Assembly (NCBI GenBank): GCA_023248155.1
Contig: JAHFFE010000002.1
Location: 124,824 to 188,823, forward strand
Reading direction: 5' to 3'
DNA length: 64,000 bases
DNA from: Candidatus Omnitrophota bacterium
Lineage (GTDB): Bacteria; Omnitrophota; Gorgyraeia; 1-14-0-20-64-10
This document shows positions 8,401-18,487 of this stretch, piece by piece. How positions within the stretch are numbered: the first letter of the stretch is position 1; each line of letters opens with the position of its first letter. A model generated the notes under the pieces. That model saw only the letters and a program-made list of their open reading frames with translations. It made no database searches and was not told the origin of the DNA. The translations under genes were made by a program, and so were the position numbers.

Positions 8401-9732
8401 AATTGGGAGCAAATACCATATCTGAACGGGATCATCTATCTGAACCAAGGCACCGTTGATCGTGAACTTCCGTTTGAATGGGCCGGAACTCATCCGGCAA
8501 ACTCGGCGTACGCGCTTATGGATTTAGAGGCTGTCCGCTTATCGGATCAAAAGCAAGCAGAGCGTTATCGACAAGGCGGCTGGTCTGTGCTTGAGAAACA
8601 GTTGTTGATCGATCGCATTTACCTGGCGATGGAGGAGTCCCAAAGACGATTGGCAGAGGAGCGCTCCGCGTTTCTGGAAGAAACCCGGCACGCGCAAGAC
8701 GCGCTCTGGGCGTCTTTTTACCACGGGGTCGATGTGCGTCTTATAAACCAGGCTAATTTGCTCGTTGCCGACGCATTGGTTCGGCCGGATTCCTTGATCG
8801 ATAAAGTTTGGTCGCTCGGAAAAGGAAAATATCAAGTCAGGCAAACCCAAAAAAACCTGGAAGCTCTTTCCGCCAGGGCCGATGCCATTAGCGAACTTGC
8901 CGGCAATATGGGCAGTTTGCGGCAACAGATGAATGAACTTATTTTGGATGGAAAAGATCAGCAGGCATTTTTGATCTTCGCTTTGGATTTTGTGCGGCAG
9001 ATGAGAGCGGTCAATCAAGGGCATTCCAATACTGCCGATCTCTTTACTGCCTATATGTACCAAAAAGCGATTTCTGCTTCTCTGGGGATTCAGGAGCCAA
9101 CGGAAATTCTCATGTCCTTTATGCGTCAGCCATCGCCTGGCCGGGCCGCGTATGAATGGGTAGACCAATTTTACCGAAGAAATTTCTGGACCGACGAAGA
9201 GCGGGTCGCTTTGTTGGAAGGCAAATCCATCGCCGAGGTTTTGGCCGCTTCCGCCGGGGCGGAGGAATTGCAAGCGCGGCAGAGAATGACTGTTCTCGAC
9301 GAGGCGGCGCCGCAGGGGGCCGGTGTTTTGGTGATCGAGGCGCGGGCATTTGCCAACCGCGGCGGGTTGGAAGAATTTATCGGGCGGATTGGGGCATTAA
9401 AAACAAGAATAGTTTTGTTCGGCAGTGACAGCGCTGCTATTAAAGAATTAGCACTGCGCAATGGTGTTTCTGTTGTGGATAGCGACGATCCGGCCGATCT
9501 GGCGTTTCGTTTGGCCGGCATGGAAGAGCGCGCCAACCGGATCGGTTATGTTGGAAATTCAGAAACCGCCGGTCTGCTTGCGCGGATTCTTCCGGCCAGT
9601 ATGGTAGTTATTCCGTTGGGTTCTCCAACCCTCGAAAAAATGATGCTTTTTCTGGGCTATCCCTCCGCGGTGTTAAACAGCATCAATGCGGCCGGTTTTG
9701 AAGAGCAATTAGCCGCCTCTACCGCCGCGTAA
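2437..9732 (+). CDS. Giant (2431 aa) modular protein: signal-peptide-like N-terminus, modules separated by repeated (A)GxEE linkers, ~6 predicted TM helices, MraZ-like domain and histidine kinase
   Basis: Uninterrupted 7.3-kb ORF. N-terminus RFLSALLIISIALPPSSAYA|LR. 11 copies of [AGS]G[AQLMF]EE. HATPase boxes ELLVNAYKN, DNGAGIP, IFERG, GLGL, GSTFHFWLP. Confidence 0.88.
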   Translation: MNSSQPKTQRIFRPAEFLFLRFLSALLIISIALPPSSAYALRSLSAVESGAEEELTQSLKPSALSDNGLAGEIREEILRETAFLRVVNTGNSPSWFTDIETEYVRQHPDQRPADPTPPWMHLVEGADRQVWVHLHLFSDRADPNSLMNGLLVELREDASDSASPRLQPGRILIEPSTHSQVRRFFLDIEGDPANNLPPVFDELIRSALQHEITEMLNRPAYGFRKSFTRFQTERKTLFVIAASINSDQPGLYMMLRRKTADRPGPQLEWMAQSGPYFVFGDRQRDVIFRRLDQPEDLPAKRQILNQLGEGAGQEERKEFSSRQKQWARVGLGLLGALVISVGTMGGWPLGLKIARTWERSPAALSKNKDYKHEDLQKLAEDVPAPLINARLQVRPEDESKVSGWTQYGAKTENPYLFDIEIPAGQANATVRIQLVLPDGTAPRTHIYDGIRVSQGMYSIYSENVQWNIVAVDKDNKTRIPISEQALNLAELSSAGYFYSADHPEWENIGSFELELTVGRPPWWNDLSKASSTRIIIGSAKVVRTLQYQKAQTAQRAFQILFSLLGFSATAVPVWWLYRSLKEKKPEAGQEEQKELSPTQKRWAKVGFGLLGLTLVSLTTLGGAGGGLQLARNTEYDPVERRSVVSAPPGKIIEPVAAIAPDPTNDTRWPEVDASLEVVPSDREKVRNWRLFSEPDPDQPQLFTDKPGPTGFIEKGGWISGYDFTLEIPAGQSSVTIRTKASLPDGSPLDSRVYGDLYTGVYPDPQMPVQMSAVSSDQTFEKKYRAAYVAQNTLTVLYIQEDPAWEQVHSVELEWTFNRPAGSDLSKPFSAQVHMDTLHAARDEKYKTIQERRSWRNFSYGLAGALLGFTISAGAAYWLYRSLREKKPEAGQEEKVVSNVQFPSGLEPGAKDAIHAAILELNRSVQSNLTLVNTVANFRVRLNSAVTAFTRPLSTEESDLLKTITHTTNANQLRPAGDRDALLRYLENASVVPSAGLEERGSVPVARGTLDGRLLRLPAGWLNLNGKRKVVVQRIDRDETTGPHLEIVTLDEFARRKRRVHSHIQLGFRGLPHAQQHLKAAFDQTYYIAALKKGGIVEISEEYLAHAGVVPSGDLVLIDPPNHIEFWNAEAAAARFQALSSVRVYEKPAIQSELQKLVAVMENLLGARNDRDVAEALYDAVAALGYSGFAMYLVRPSAGGQYDIRNVYRNLPRESSAADWKPAQDEIAYALASNEPDLFIDRLDNTADVFPHVSQSFFTRDANEYGGGDKNRVRQVYYLVVRDPVTREPRMLIHLNRWAVNEPVFSRGTAEEQRQFQTHLRGVLESLGYAALLARENVHSYERADIFNRLGARRSIIGNRLHNDVKNSLVFVPTFIELLGQRENLILEEMTNLNRNVAELMAEVIETMGRVENPGVSSQQNGSAAPPTEPLVSADDLALLEALFHDLSAQLLNAVRQDMDAEDMRTRILKPVRDRFSASRSAQAVLDRWEQLASTASMVVYELQQERVDFLRRIPVLRQRFLELKTHEAQLRTAAGRLDNLEAQKKISMIISGTIRARRSMLRILDELEHALSDDLTVSELPPPYSDQVDLVSELREIIETRSGLMQLHFSSDLPAALRVPDARGDLVSGMLGELLVNAYKNRRPDVPLEVWVSVQYQESSGMIDLTVRDNGAGIPLAKRAQIFERGATNGTSSAGVSRGLGLATREELQKLGGGIELAESVHAGDANAAQPGSTFHFWLPTNPSAGAEEKKSEYVLSRGQRITLWFASATLGFVLTGLGTVIGAGAGYHAAETYYRADETKKPAVSPPESDARNYPWMVGGGLAGLVGSIGAIRREISSGRDKRSAGLEEKIVVRVNDQGQPILSREGLAGRIPGYGKTVVVQPPAERLAEISAVLSGKFSNLETLLVQAYQSKADPIDISAIKQAISQLNPESQVFRLSDTMSLVQFIGWVESLNISYFHQIGVHLLLRQTVEGERIWARYQFGGAQNWEQIPYLNGIIYLNQGTVDRELPFEWAGTHPANSAYALMDLEAVRLSDQKQAERYRQGGWSVLEKQLLIDRIYLAMEESQRRLAEERSAFLEETRHAQDALWASFYHGVDVRLINQANLLVADALVRPDSLIDKVWSLGKGKYQVRQTQKNLEALSARADAISELAGNMGSLRQQMNELILDGKDQQAFLIFALDFVRQMRAVNQGHSNTADLFTAYMYQKAISASLGIQEPTEILMSFMRQPSPGRAAYEWVDQFYRRNFWTDEERVALLEGKSIAEVLAASAGAEELQARQRMTVLDEAAPQGAGVLVIEARAFANRGGLEEFIGRIGALKTRIVLFGSDSAAIKELALRNGVSVVDSDDPADLAFRLAGMEERANRIGYVGNSETAGLLARILPASMVVIPLGSPTLEKMMLFLGYPSAVLNSINAAGFEEQLAASTAA
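4159..5115 (+). repeat. Intragenic 51-bp direct repeat at the ends of two tandem cassettes (4159-4209 and 5065-5115)
   Basis: tggctgtaccgctcattgaaagagaaaaaaccagaagccgggcaggaggag vs tggctgtaccgctcattgagagagaaaaaaccggaagccggacaggaagag, 47/51 identical by eye. Encodes WLYRSL(K/R)EKKPEAGQEE. Confidence 0.9.
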
Positions 9733-9770
9733 TTCATTCACCCGTCGTTCCTGCGTATTTCTATAATCTG

Positions 9771-9810
9771 CAACAAATTTGTTGAAATGAATTTAGCAGC
9801 GTGGTACGCT
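9771..9810 (+). promoter_or_regulatory. Putative sigma70 promoter with an overlapping 14-bp palindrome upstream of the ORF6N gene
   Basis: TTGAAA (9782-9787), N17, TACGCT (9805-9810) preceded by TGG (extended -10). Perfect palindrome CAACAAATTTGTTG at 9771-9784. Confidence 0.45.
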
Positions 9811-9829
9811 TCATCCAAAAGGAGTATTC

Positions 9830-10348
9830 ATGAGAAATTTAATACGAATGGAAGAAATTGAGAATCATATCCTATTCGTCCGCGGGCACAAAGTAATGTT
9901 GGATGAAGGCTTGGCGCGGCTTTACGGTGTTTCTACAAAGCGTTTAAATGAACAGGTGCGACGAAATCGCGCTCGTTTTCCAAAAGATTTTATGTTTCAG
10001 CTTACGCCTGAAGAGGCCCGCTTTTTGAGGTCGCATTTTGCGACCTCAAGTTCGGAGCATGGAGGCCGGCGGTATCTCCCCTACGTGTTTACCGAACAAG
10101 GGATCGCCATGCTTTCCAGCGTGCTAAACAGCGAGAGAGCAGTCCAAGTGAATATTGCCATCATGCGAGCTTTTGTCAAATTGCGGAAGATTCTATCGAC
10201 CCATCGAGAATTTGCTCGAAAGCTTTCAGATTTGGAGCGTAAGTGGGAACTCCATGATGAACAAATACATTCGGTTTTTGAGGCAATCCGCCAGCTTATG
10301 GCGCCTGAACCTACGCGTCGCCGACGAATTGGATTTCACCGAGTGTAG
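9830..10348 (+). CDS. ORF6N/KilA-N-like DNA-binding protein
   Basis: ILFVRGHKVMLDEGLARLYGVSTKRLNEQVRRNRARFPKDFMFQLT...PYVFTEQGIAMLSSVLNS...VNIAIMRAFV, C-terminal RRRIGF, and SD AAGGAG. Confidence 0.88.
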   Translation: MRNLIRMEEIENHILFVRGHKVMLDEGLARLYGVSTKRLNEQVRRNRARFPKDFMFQLTPEEARFLRSHFATSSSEHGGRRYLPYVFTEQGIAMLSSVLNSERAVQVNIAIMRAFVKLRKILSTHREFARKLSDLERKWELHDEQIHSVFEAIRQLMAPEPTRRRRIGFHRV

Positions 10349-10493
10349 GGATAAATACCCCCGCTTTTACCTGTTCCAATTCTTGTTTCATCCCACCTAT
10401 TTTGTGCGATAATTATTAGTAGGGGTATTGGATTATTATTATCATTAATTCAAAGGCGGTTTACCGCCATATAGAGGAAGGAGAGTAAGCCAA

Positions 10494-12989
<2,496 letters not shown>

Positions 12990-12993
12990 CCGT

Positions 12994-14379
12994 TTGAAAC
13001 GGATCGTGAAAAGGCGTTCTCTGGTTACGATCGGGCTGGCGGGCCTGTTGGCCGTCAGCGCGTCCGCGTGGGGAGTCACCGAAGCGGCCCGCCTGGCGTC
13101 TGAACGAGCGCTTTCCCGTTTCTTCCATCAGCCGGTTTCTATTCGCCGCGTTACATTTTCCGCCGATCAGATTACGCTGCATCATATTGAAATTGCTTAT
13201 TCCGCCGAATCATCGCCGGTAGTGATTGAGCGCGTCGAATGGCAGGGTTCCGTTTTTGAACTTTTAAAGACCCGCTTGCTGAAAGTCGGCCGGATGCCGT
13301 CGTCGGAAACATTTACGCTGCGCGGCGCGGCGGTGTTGGTGGCCGGTGTTCCGCTGCGCGCCACCGGGGTTCTTCATTTGGACCACCGTTTGCGCGCGCC
13401 CGCGTTCCTTTCAGGGCAGATGCAGTTAAATCATCCGTGGATTCACGCGCAGGCCGAAATTGCAGGAACATCGGTGAAGCCAGTTTTAATCGGCTGGGTC
13501 GACGGGAAAAAAATGGGACCGCACCGGTTTATCGCGCAATTGTCGCGTCAGGCGGAATGGGTTGGCATTGAACGTCTGGAAGTTCAGGGCGGCTGGTTGG
13601 CGCGCGGACAGTGGACCGGGCGCGACTCGACGCATCCGTTTTGGCGCGCCGAACTGGAACTGATGCATGACATCGACCGGTACCGGCTGGAGATGGGTCC
13701 TTCCGGGGAGGGAGCGATGCAGGCCGGCCTTTGGGTTTACCGTGAGGGATTGCCTCCGCAGGAATTGATGGCGGCCTGGAAGCCGGCCGACGAGGGTATT
13801 GAATGGAGCGCGCGGACCGGGTCCGGTCAATTGTCCGGATGGGGACGGATTTCCCGAAAGAACTGGCCGGAACTCTCAATGGCGATTGATCTGAAGCAGT
13901 TTGATTTAAAAGAAATATACCCCTGGTTTCCAAGGACCATTGCTTCACCATTATTGGCCGGAACATTTAATGGCCATTTGGAATTGGCCGGTATCTGGCC
14001 GGATCTGAAAAGCCAGGGCGAGATTTTCGGTGAAGATGGAAAATTCGGCGAGTTCAATTTTGAAGGGATTACGGTGCGGTTCCAGGGTGTCGGCCCCTAT
14101 CTGCGCATTTTTAATTCACATTTGAAGCAGCCGATCGGGCCGACCTATCTGGAAGGGACGCTCGATTTAAACCAGACCGGCAAGCCTGATTTCTTTCGGA
14201 ATGTCCGGATGTTGTCGACCGATCCGACGATCACGACGGCGCAATGGCAGATGAACTTAGCCGGTAATCCGCCGCTTGCGCTGGAAATGAAGCCGGCCAC
14301 AGCGGCGGGCAACCCGATCGGTGTGGCGTCCTCTGCCGGATCCGGAGCGAAGTCTGTTTCCGATGGAGAAAAAACGTGA
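12994..14379 (+). CDS. Hypothetical envelope protein, possibly AsmA/TamB-like beta-rich
   Basis: N-terminal hydrophobic anchor, Gly/beta-strand-rich body (GTFNGHLELAGIWPDLKSQGEI), and overlap with the mlaE start (GTGA). The family call is inference. Confidence 0.5.
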   Translation: MKRIVKRRSLVTIGLAGLLAVSASAWGVTEAARLASERALSRFFHQPVSIRRVTFSADQITLHHIEIAYSAESSPVVIERVEWQGSVFELLKTRLLKVGRMPSSETFTLRGAAVLVAGVPLRATGVLHLDHRLRAPAFLSGQMQLNHPWIHAQAEIAGTSVKPVLIGWVDGKKMGPHRFIAQLSRQAEWVGIERLEVQGGWLARGQWTGRDSTHPFWRAELELMHDIDRYRLEMGPSGEGAMQAGLWVYREGLPPQELMAAWKPADEGIEWSARTGSGQLSGWGRISRKNWPELSMAIDLKQFDLKEIYPWFPRTIASPLLAGTFNGHLELAGIWPDLKSQGEIFGEDGKFGEFNFEGITVRFQGVGPYLRIFNSHLKQPIGPTYLEGTLDLNQTGKPDFFRNVRMLSTDPTITTAQWQMNLAGNPPLALEMKPATAAGNPIGVASSAGSGAKSVSDGEKT

Positions 14380-15224
14380 CCCAGAAAAGTTTTCTTGAAC
14401 CGCTGGGCGAATCGGCGCTGACGGTTTTTGGATATATCGGCGCGACGATGGCGCTGCTGGGCCAGACGCTTTTGCAGATGTGTTATTATCCGTGGCTGCG
14501 CTGGGCCGGGTGGATGGTTTTACCGTGGAAGTGGCCGTTGTTGGCGCGCGACCGGCGCTGGAATCTGCTGGTCGATCAGATGGAAAAAATCGGCGTGGCC
14601 AGTTTTCCGCTGGTTTTTCTGACGGCGCTGTTTACCGGCATGGTGCTGGCGCTGCAGAGCGCTTATCAGCTGCAGCGGATGGGCGCCGAGAATTACATCG
14701 CCTCGCTGGTGGCGCTTTCGATTACGCGTGAACTGGGCCCGGTGCTGACGGCGCTGGTAATTGCCGGGCGCGTCGGCGCGGCCATTACCGCGCAGCTGGG
14801 CACGATGCGCGTAACCGAGCAGATCGACGCGCTGGAAACGCTGGGCACCGATCCGATACGGTATCTGTCGGTACCGCGGCTGCTGGCTCTGTTGATCATG
14901 CTGCCGCTGTTGACCGCCTACGCGGACATCATCGGAATTCTCGGCGGGTATATCGTCGGCGTCTGCAAGCTGGGGCTGGGATCCAATCTGTATATGCGGA
15001 TGACCTGGGAATCGCTGAAACTGAAAGATCTGTTTACGGGGTTGTTCAAGTCGGCCGTTTTCGCGGCGATTATCGCGACGGTGGCTTGCCATGAAGGGTT
15101 TGAAACGCGCGACGGCGCCGAGGGCGTGGGCCGTTCAACGACGCTGTCCGTGGTGATCTCGTTCATTTTAATTATTACGGCCGACTGTTTTTTCACGGCG
15201 CTCTTTTATTTCGTGTTTCCATGA
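14376..15224 (+). CDS. mlaE: MlaE-family ABC permease
   Basis: RELGPVLTALVIAGRVGAAITAQLGTMRVTEQIDALETLG and GAEGVGRSTT motifs. Confidence 0.93.
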   Translation: MTQKSFLEPLGESALTVFGYIGATMALLGQTLLQMCYYPWLRWAGWMVLPWKWPLLARDRRWNLLVDQMEKIGVASFPLVFLTALFTGMVLALQSAYQLQRMGAENYIASLVALSITRELGPVLTALVIAGRVGAAITAQLGTMRVTEQIDALETLGTDPIRYLSVPRLLALLIMLPLLTAYADIIGILGGYIVGVCKLGLGSNLYMRMTWESLKLKDLFTGLFKSAVFAAIIATVACHEGFETRDGAEGVGRSTTLSVVISFILIITADCFFTALFYFVFP

Positions 15225-15976
15225 TTGAAGTGATTAATTTATCCAAATCGTTCGATGGCCGGCCGGTGCTGTCGGGTGTGAACCTTTCGATTCGGGAAGG
15301 CGAGACGATGGTCATCATGGGCCGGTCCGGCTGCGGCAAGTCGGTGCTGCTCAAACATATTATCGGGCTGATTCGGCCGGATGAAGGGCAGGTATTCGTC
15401 GACGGACAGGAGATTTCACGCGCGACCGGAGAAGAACTGAGCCGCGCGCGGCTGAAATTCGGGATGCTGTTTCAGGGTGCTGCGCTGTTTGATTCGTTGT
15501 CGGTCGGCGAGAACGTGGCGTTTCCGCTGCGCGAGCATACCACGATGACCGAGGCGCAGATCCGGGATCGCGTGAGTGAATGCCTGAACTTGGTCGGCAT
15601 GCCGGACATTGAAGACCGCCGTCCGGCCGAGCTGTCGGGCGGTATGCGCAAACGCGTTGGATTGGCGCGCGCCGTCGCGATGCAGCCGAAGATCGTTCTA
15701 TACGACGAGCCGACCACCGGCATTGATCCGGTGATGTCGGATGTGATCAACCGGCTGATCGTCCGGTTGCGGGATCAATTAAAAGTGACGGGGATTGTCG
15801 TGACGCATGATCTGGTCAGCGCGTACACGGTCGGCAACCGGATCGCGATGCTGCATGAGGGCGCCATCGAGCAGGTCGGCACCGTGGCGGAAATACGTTC
15901 ATCGGGCAACCCTGTGGTGAGACAATTTTTGGAGCCGGCTTTATCGAGACAATCGGAAAAGGGAGGCATGGCATGA
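15221..15976 (+). CDS. mlaF: MlaF-family ABC ATPase
   Basis: GRSGCGKS, FQGAALFDSL, LSGGMRKRVGLARA, LYDEPTTG. Lies between mlaE and mlaD. Confidence 0.93.
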   Translation: MIEVINLSKSFDGRPVLSGVNLSIREGETMVIMGRSGCGKSVLLKHIIGLIRPDEGQVFVDGQEISRATGEELSRARLKFGMLFQGAALFDSLSVGENVAFPLREHTTMTEAQIRDRVSECLNLVGMPDIEDRRPAELSGGMRKRVGLARAVAMQPKIVLYDEPTTGIDPVMSDVINRLIVRLRDQLKVTGIVVTHDLVSAYTVGNRIAMLHEGAIEQVGTVAEIRSSGNPVVRQFLEPALSRQSEKGGMA

Positions 15977-16716
15977 CCGGAACGACGCAGCAGGTGAAGG
16001 TCGGATTGTTTGTCTTTATCGCGTTTATTCTTTTGACGGTGATGGTTTTTTCCATCAGCGATTTTTACACGGTGCAGGGACAGAATACCTACGCGCTGCG
16101 CGTCCGTTTTTCGTCGGTCAGCGGCATTGACACCGGCGCTCCGGTGCGCGTGTCGGGCGTGAAGGCCGGCGAGGTCAAGTCGGTGCGCGTCTACCGTGAA
16201 GAAGCCACGCAAAAAATGCTGGTTGAGGTCGGGATCCGGCTTTCGAAAGAGGTAACGCTCGAGGAAGATTCAACCGCCACGATTACCAGCCTGGGGTTTC
16301 TGGGCGAGAAATATGTGGAGATCATGCCGGGTACGCCCGGAGCCCGCCTGCTTAACGCAGGCGAGATTTTAGTCGGCAAGGAATCGGTTTCGATGGAACG
16401 GCTGATGGATTCCAGCGTCCGCGCGCTGGATCAGATACAGAAAACATTCGTGTCGGTCAACGCAATCGTCTCGGACGAACAAAACCGTGAAGCAATTAAG
16501 GGATCGCTGGCCAACTCAAAGGAAGCGACAGCGCAGTTCACGCAAATGATGGCGCAGACCAACGACTTAATCAATAAAATTAATCGGGGCGAAGGTACGG
16601 TGGGCAAATTGCTGATGGAAGACGAAATTTATAATAATCTCAAAGAACTCTCGTCCGACGTCAAGGCGCATCCGTGGAAGTTGTTTATTAAAACGAAGGA
16701 ATCCAAGAAGAAATAA
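15973..16716 (+). CDS. mlaD: MlaD/MCE-domain protein
   Basis: VKVGLFVF TM helix, F.SVSGIDTGAPVRVSGVKAGEV, GFLGEKYVEIMPG, helical tail with GEGTVGKL. Confidence 0.9.
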   Translation: MTGTTQQVKVGLFVFIAFILLTVMVFSISDFYTVQGQNTYALRVRFSSVSGIDTGAPVRVSGVKAGEVKSVRVYREEATQKMLVEVGIRLSKEVTLEEDSTATITSLGFLGEKYVEIMPGTPGARLLNAGEILVGKESVSMERLMDSSVRALDQIQKTFVSVNAIVSDEQNREAIKGSLANSKEATAQFTQMMAQTNDLINKINRGEGTVGKLLMEDEIYNNLKELSSDVKAHPWKLFIKTKESKKK

Positions 16717-16763
16717 TTTTTTTATAAATCCGGGTTCCTATAGATAAATGGAGGGTTCTTATC

Positions 16764-17795
16764 ATGACTATTTGGTTTGTCCGTTTCTTTTTTATGGCGA
16801 TTGCGGCGGCGTTCGGGTATCAGATCGGCTACACGTTGCCGTGGCTGGGCGCGTCGGCCGGATTGATGGGGGCGCTGGCAGGCGTGGCGCTGGCGTCGGC
16901 CTTGATCGGCGTGGAATTCGTGATGAAGAAAATTTCCACGCAGGGGCTTTCGGCGGCCGTGTTCGGGCTGTTGTTCGGCATGATCATGGCGCGGCTGGTG
17001 ATCTCAACGCTGGAATTGATTCCGATGGGGCCGCAGCTGACGGCATCGTTCCGTTCCAGCGTGCTGGTTATTTTCTGTTATTTCGGAATGGCCGTCGCGG
17101 TGCGCGGGCGCGATGAATTCAACATTATCATTCCGTATGTAAAGTTTACCCGGCAGGACAAGCACGAAGAACTGGTGATTCTCGATACCAGCGTGATTAT
17201 CGACGGACGGATTGCCGATATCTGCGACACGCGGTTTATTGAAGGCAAACTGATCGTGCCGCGGTTCGTGTTGAAAGAACTGCAGCAGATCGCCGACAGC
17301 CAGGACCCGATCAAGCGAAACCGCGGGCGGCGCGGGTTGGATGTGCTGGCACGGATCCAGAAAATTCCGCACATCGATGTGCGCATTCAGGAAGAAGATT
17401 TCACCGATGTGCGCGAGGTGGACGCCAAACTGGTGAAGCTGGCCAAGCTCGTCGGCGGCAAGGTGCTGACGAATGATTTTAATCTGAACAAAGTGGCCGA
17501 GCTGCAGGGCGTGCAGGTGCTCAATATTAATGAGCTGTCCAACGCGCTCAAGCCGGTGGTGCTGCCCGGTGAGCTGATGGAAGCCAAAGTACTTAAAGAA
17601 GGCAAAGAATACAACCAGGGTGTCGCTTATCTGGATGATGGCACGATGGTAGTTGTCGAGCAGGGGCGCCATTTGATTGGGCAGACCGTGCGCGTGGCAG
17701 TGACCAGTGTTTTGCAGACGGCCGCCGGCCGGATGATTTTCGCCAAGCCGGATGAAGATCCTAGAACCGGTTCCAACAATCCCCGTGGCCGCTAA
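16764..17795 (+). CDS. Membrane PIN/TRAM-domain protein (YacL family)
   Basis: Four N-terminal TM helices, PIN motifs [12 protein letters not shown] and [15 protein letters not shown] motif [14 protein letters not shown]...QTAAGRMIF. Conserved position upstream of ispD. Confidence 0.92.
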   Translation: MTIWFVRFFFMAIAAAFGYQIGYTLPWLGASAGLMGALAGVALASALIGVEFVMKKISTQGLSAAVFGLLFGMIMARLVISTLELIPMGPQLTASFRSSVLVIFCYFGMAVAVRGRDEFNIIIPYVKFTRQDKHEELVILDTSVIIDGRIADICDTRFIEGKLIVPRFVLKELQQIADSQDPIKRNRGRRGLDVLARIQKIPHIDVRIQEEDFTDVREVDAKLVKLAKLVGGKVLTNDFNLNKVAELQGVQVLNINELSNALKPVVLPGELMEAKVLKEGKEYNQGVAYLDDGTMVVVEQGRHLIGQTVRVAVTSVLQTAAGRMIFAKPDEDPRTGSNNPRGR

Positions 17796-17798
17796 ACG

Positions 17799-18476
17799 AT
17801 GGTAGGGGCGATTGTTCCTGCAGGCGGCGTCGGAAAACGGCTGGGCGCGAAGGGACACAAATCATTCGTGAAGCTGGCCGGTGAGCCAATGCTGGTCTGG
17901 TCTCTGCGCGCGCTGGATTTGACGCGCGAGATTAATCAGATTGTTTTGGTGGTTCATCCGGATGATCTGGCGGCGGCCCGTCGTCTCGTGGCGGCCAAGC
18001 GGTTCCGTAAAGTGTCACGCATCGTCGCCGGAGGCGACACCCGCATGCAGTCAGTTGCCTGCGGTCTTGCGGCGCTTGCGCCGGAGATGGAATGGGTGCT
18101 GGTGCATGACGCGGCCCGTCCGCTTGTCACCGGCGACTTGATTCGCGCGGTGGTGCGCGGCGGCATTCGGTTTGGCTCGGCGATTGCCGCGGTGCCGGTC
18201 ATCCCGACGATCAAAGAAGTCGATAAAGGGGCCGTGGTTGCGACGCTGGACCGGACCCGTTTGTGGGAAGTGCAGACGCCGCAGGTATTCCGCCGCGATT
18301 TGCTGGAAGAGGCGCATCTTTCGGGCCGCGCGGATGGAATTGAGGCGACCGACGACTCGATGCTGGTGGAGCGGTTAAGCCGCCGCCGAGTCCGGATCGT
18401 GATGGGATCGCACCGGAATTTGAAAGTGACGACGCCCGAAGATTTGGCAATCGCCGAAGCGTTAATTAAACACTAG
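17799..18476 (+). CDS. ispD: 2-C-methyl-D-erythritol 4-phosphate cytidylyltransferase
   Basis: AGGVGKRLG, GGDTRMQSV, VHDAARP, QTPQVF, NLKVTTPED. Confidence 0.96.
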   Translation: MVGAIVPAGGVGKRLGAKGHKSFVKLAGEPMLVWSLRALDLTREINQIVLVVHPDDLAAARRLVAAKRFRKVSRIVAGGDTRMQSVACGLAALAPEMEWVLVHDAARPLVTGDLIRAVVRGGIRFGSAIAAVPVIPTIKEVDKGAVVATLDRTRLWEVQTPQVFRRDLLEEAHLSGRADGIEATDDSMLVERLSRRRVRIVMGSHRNLKVTTPEDLAIAEALIKH

Positions 18477-18487
18477 GAGTTTTATTG

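Noticed and set aside
2581-9705. GxEE repeats as a CRISPR array or integron attC sites
   Set aside because: Spacing is 100-2250 bp, all in frame in one ORF, with synonymous variation and no palindromic attC structure.
10355-10430. CtsR or CIRCE operator upstream of clpC
   Set aside because: Only a loose AATACCCC...GGGGTATT inverted repeat. No GTCAAA heptad repeats or TTAGCACTC.
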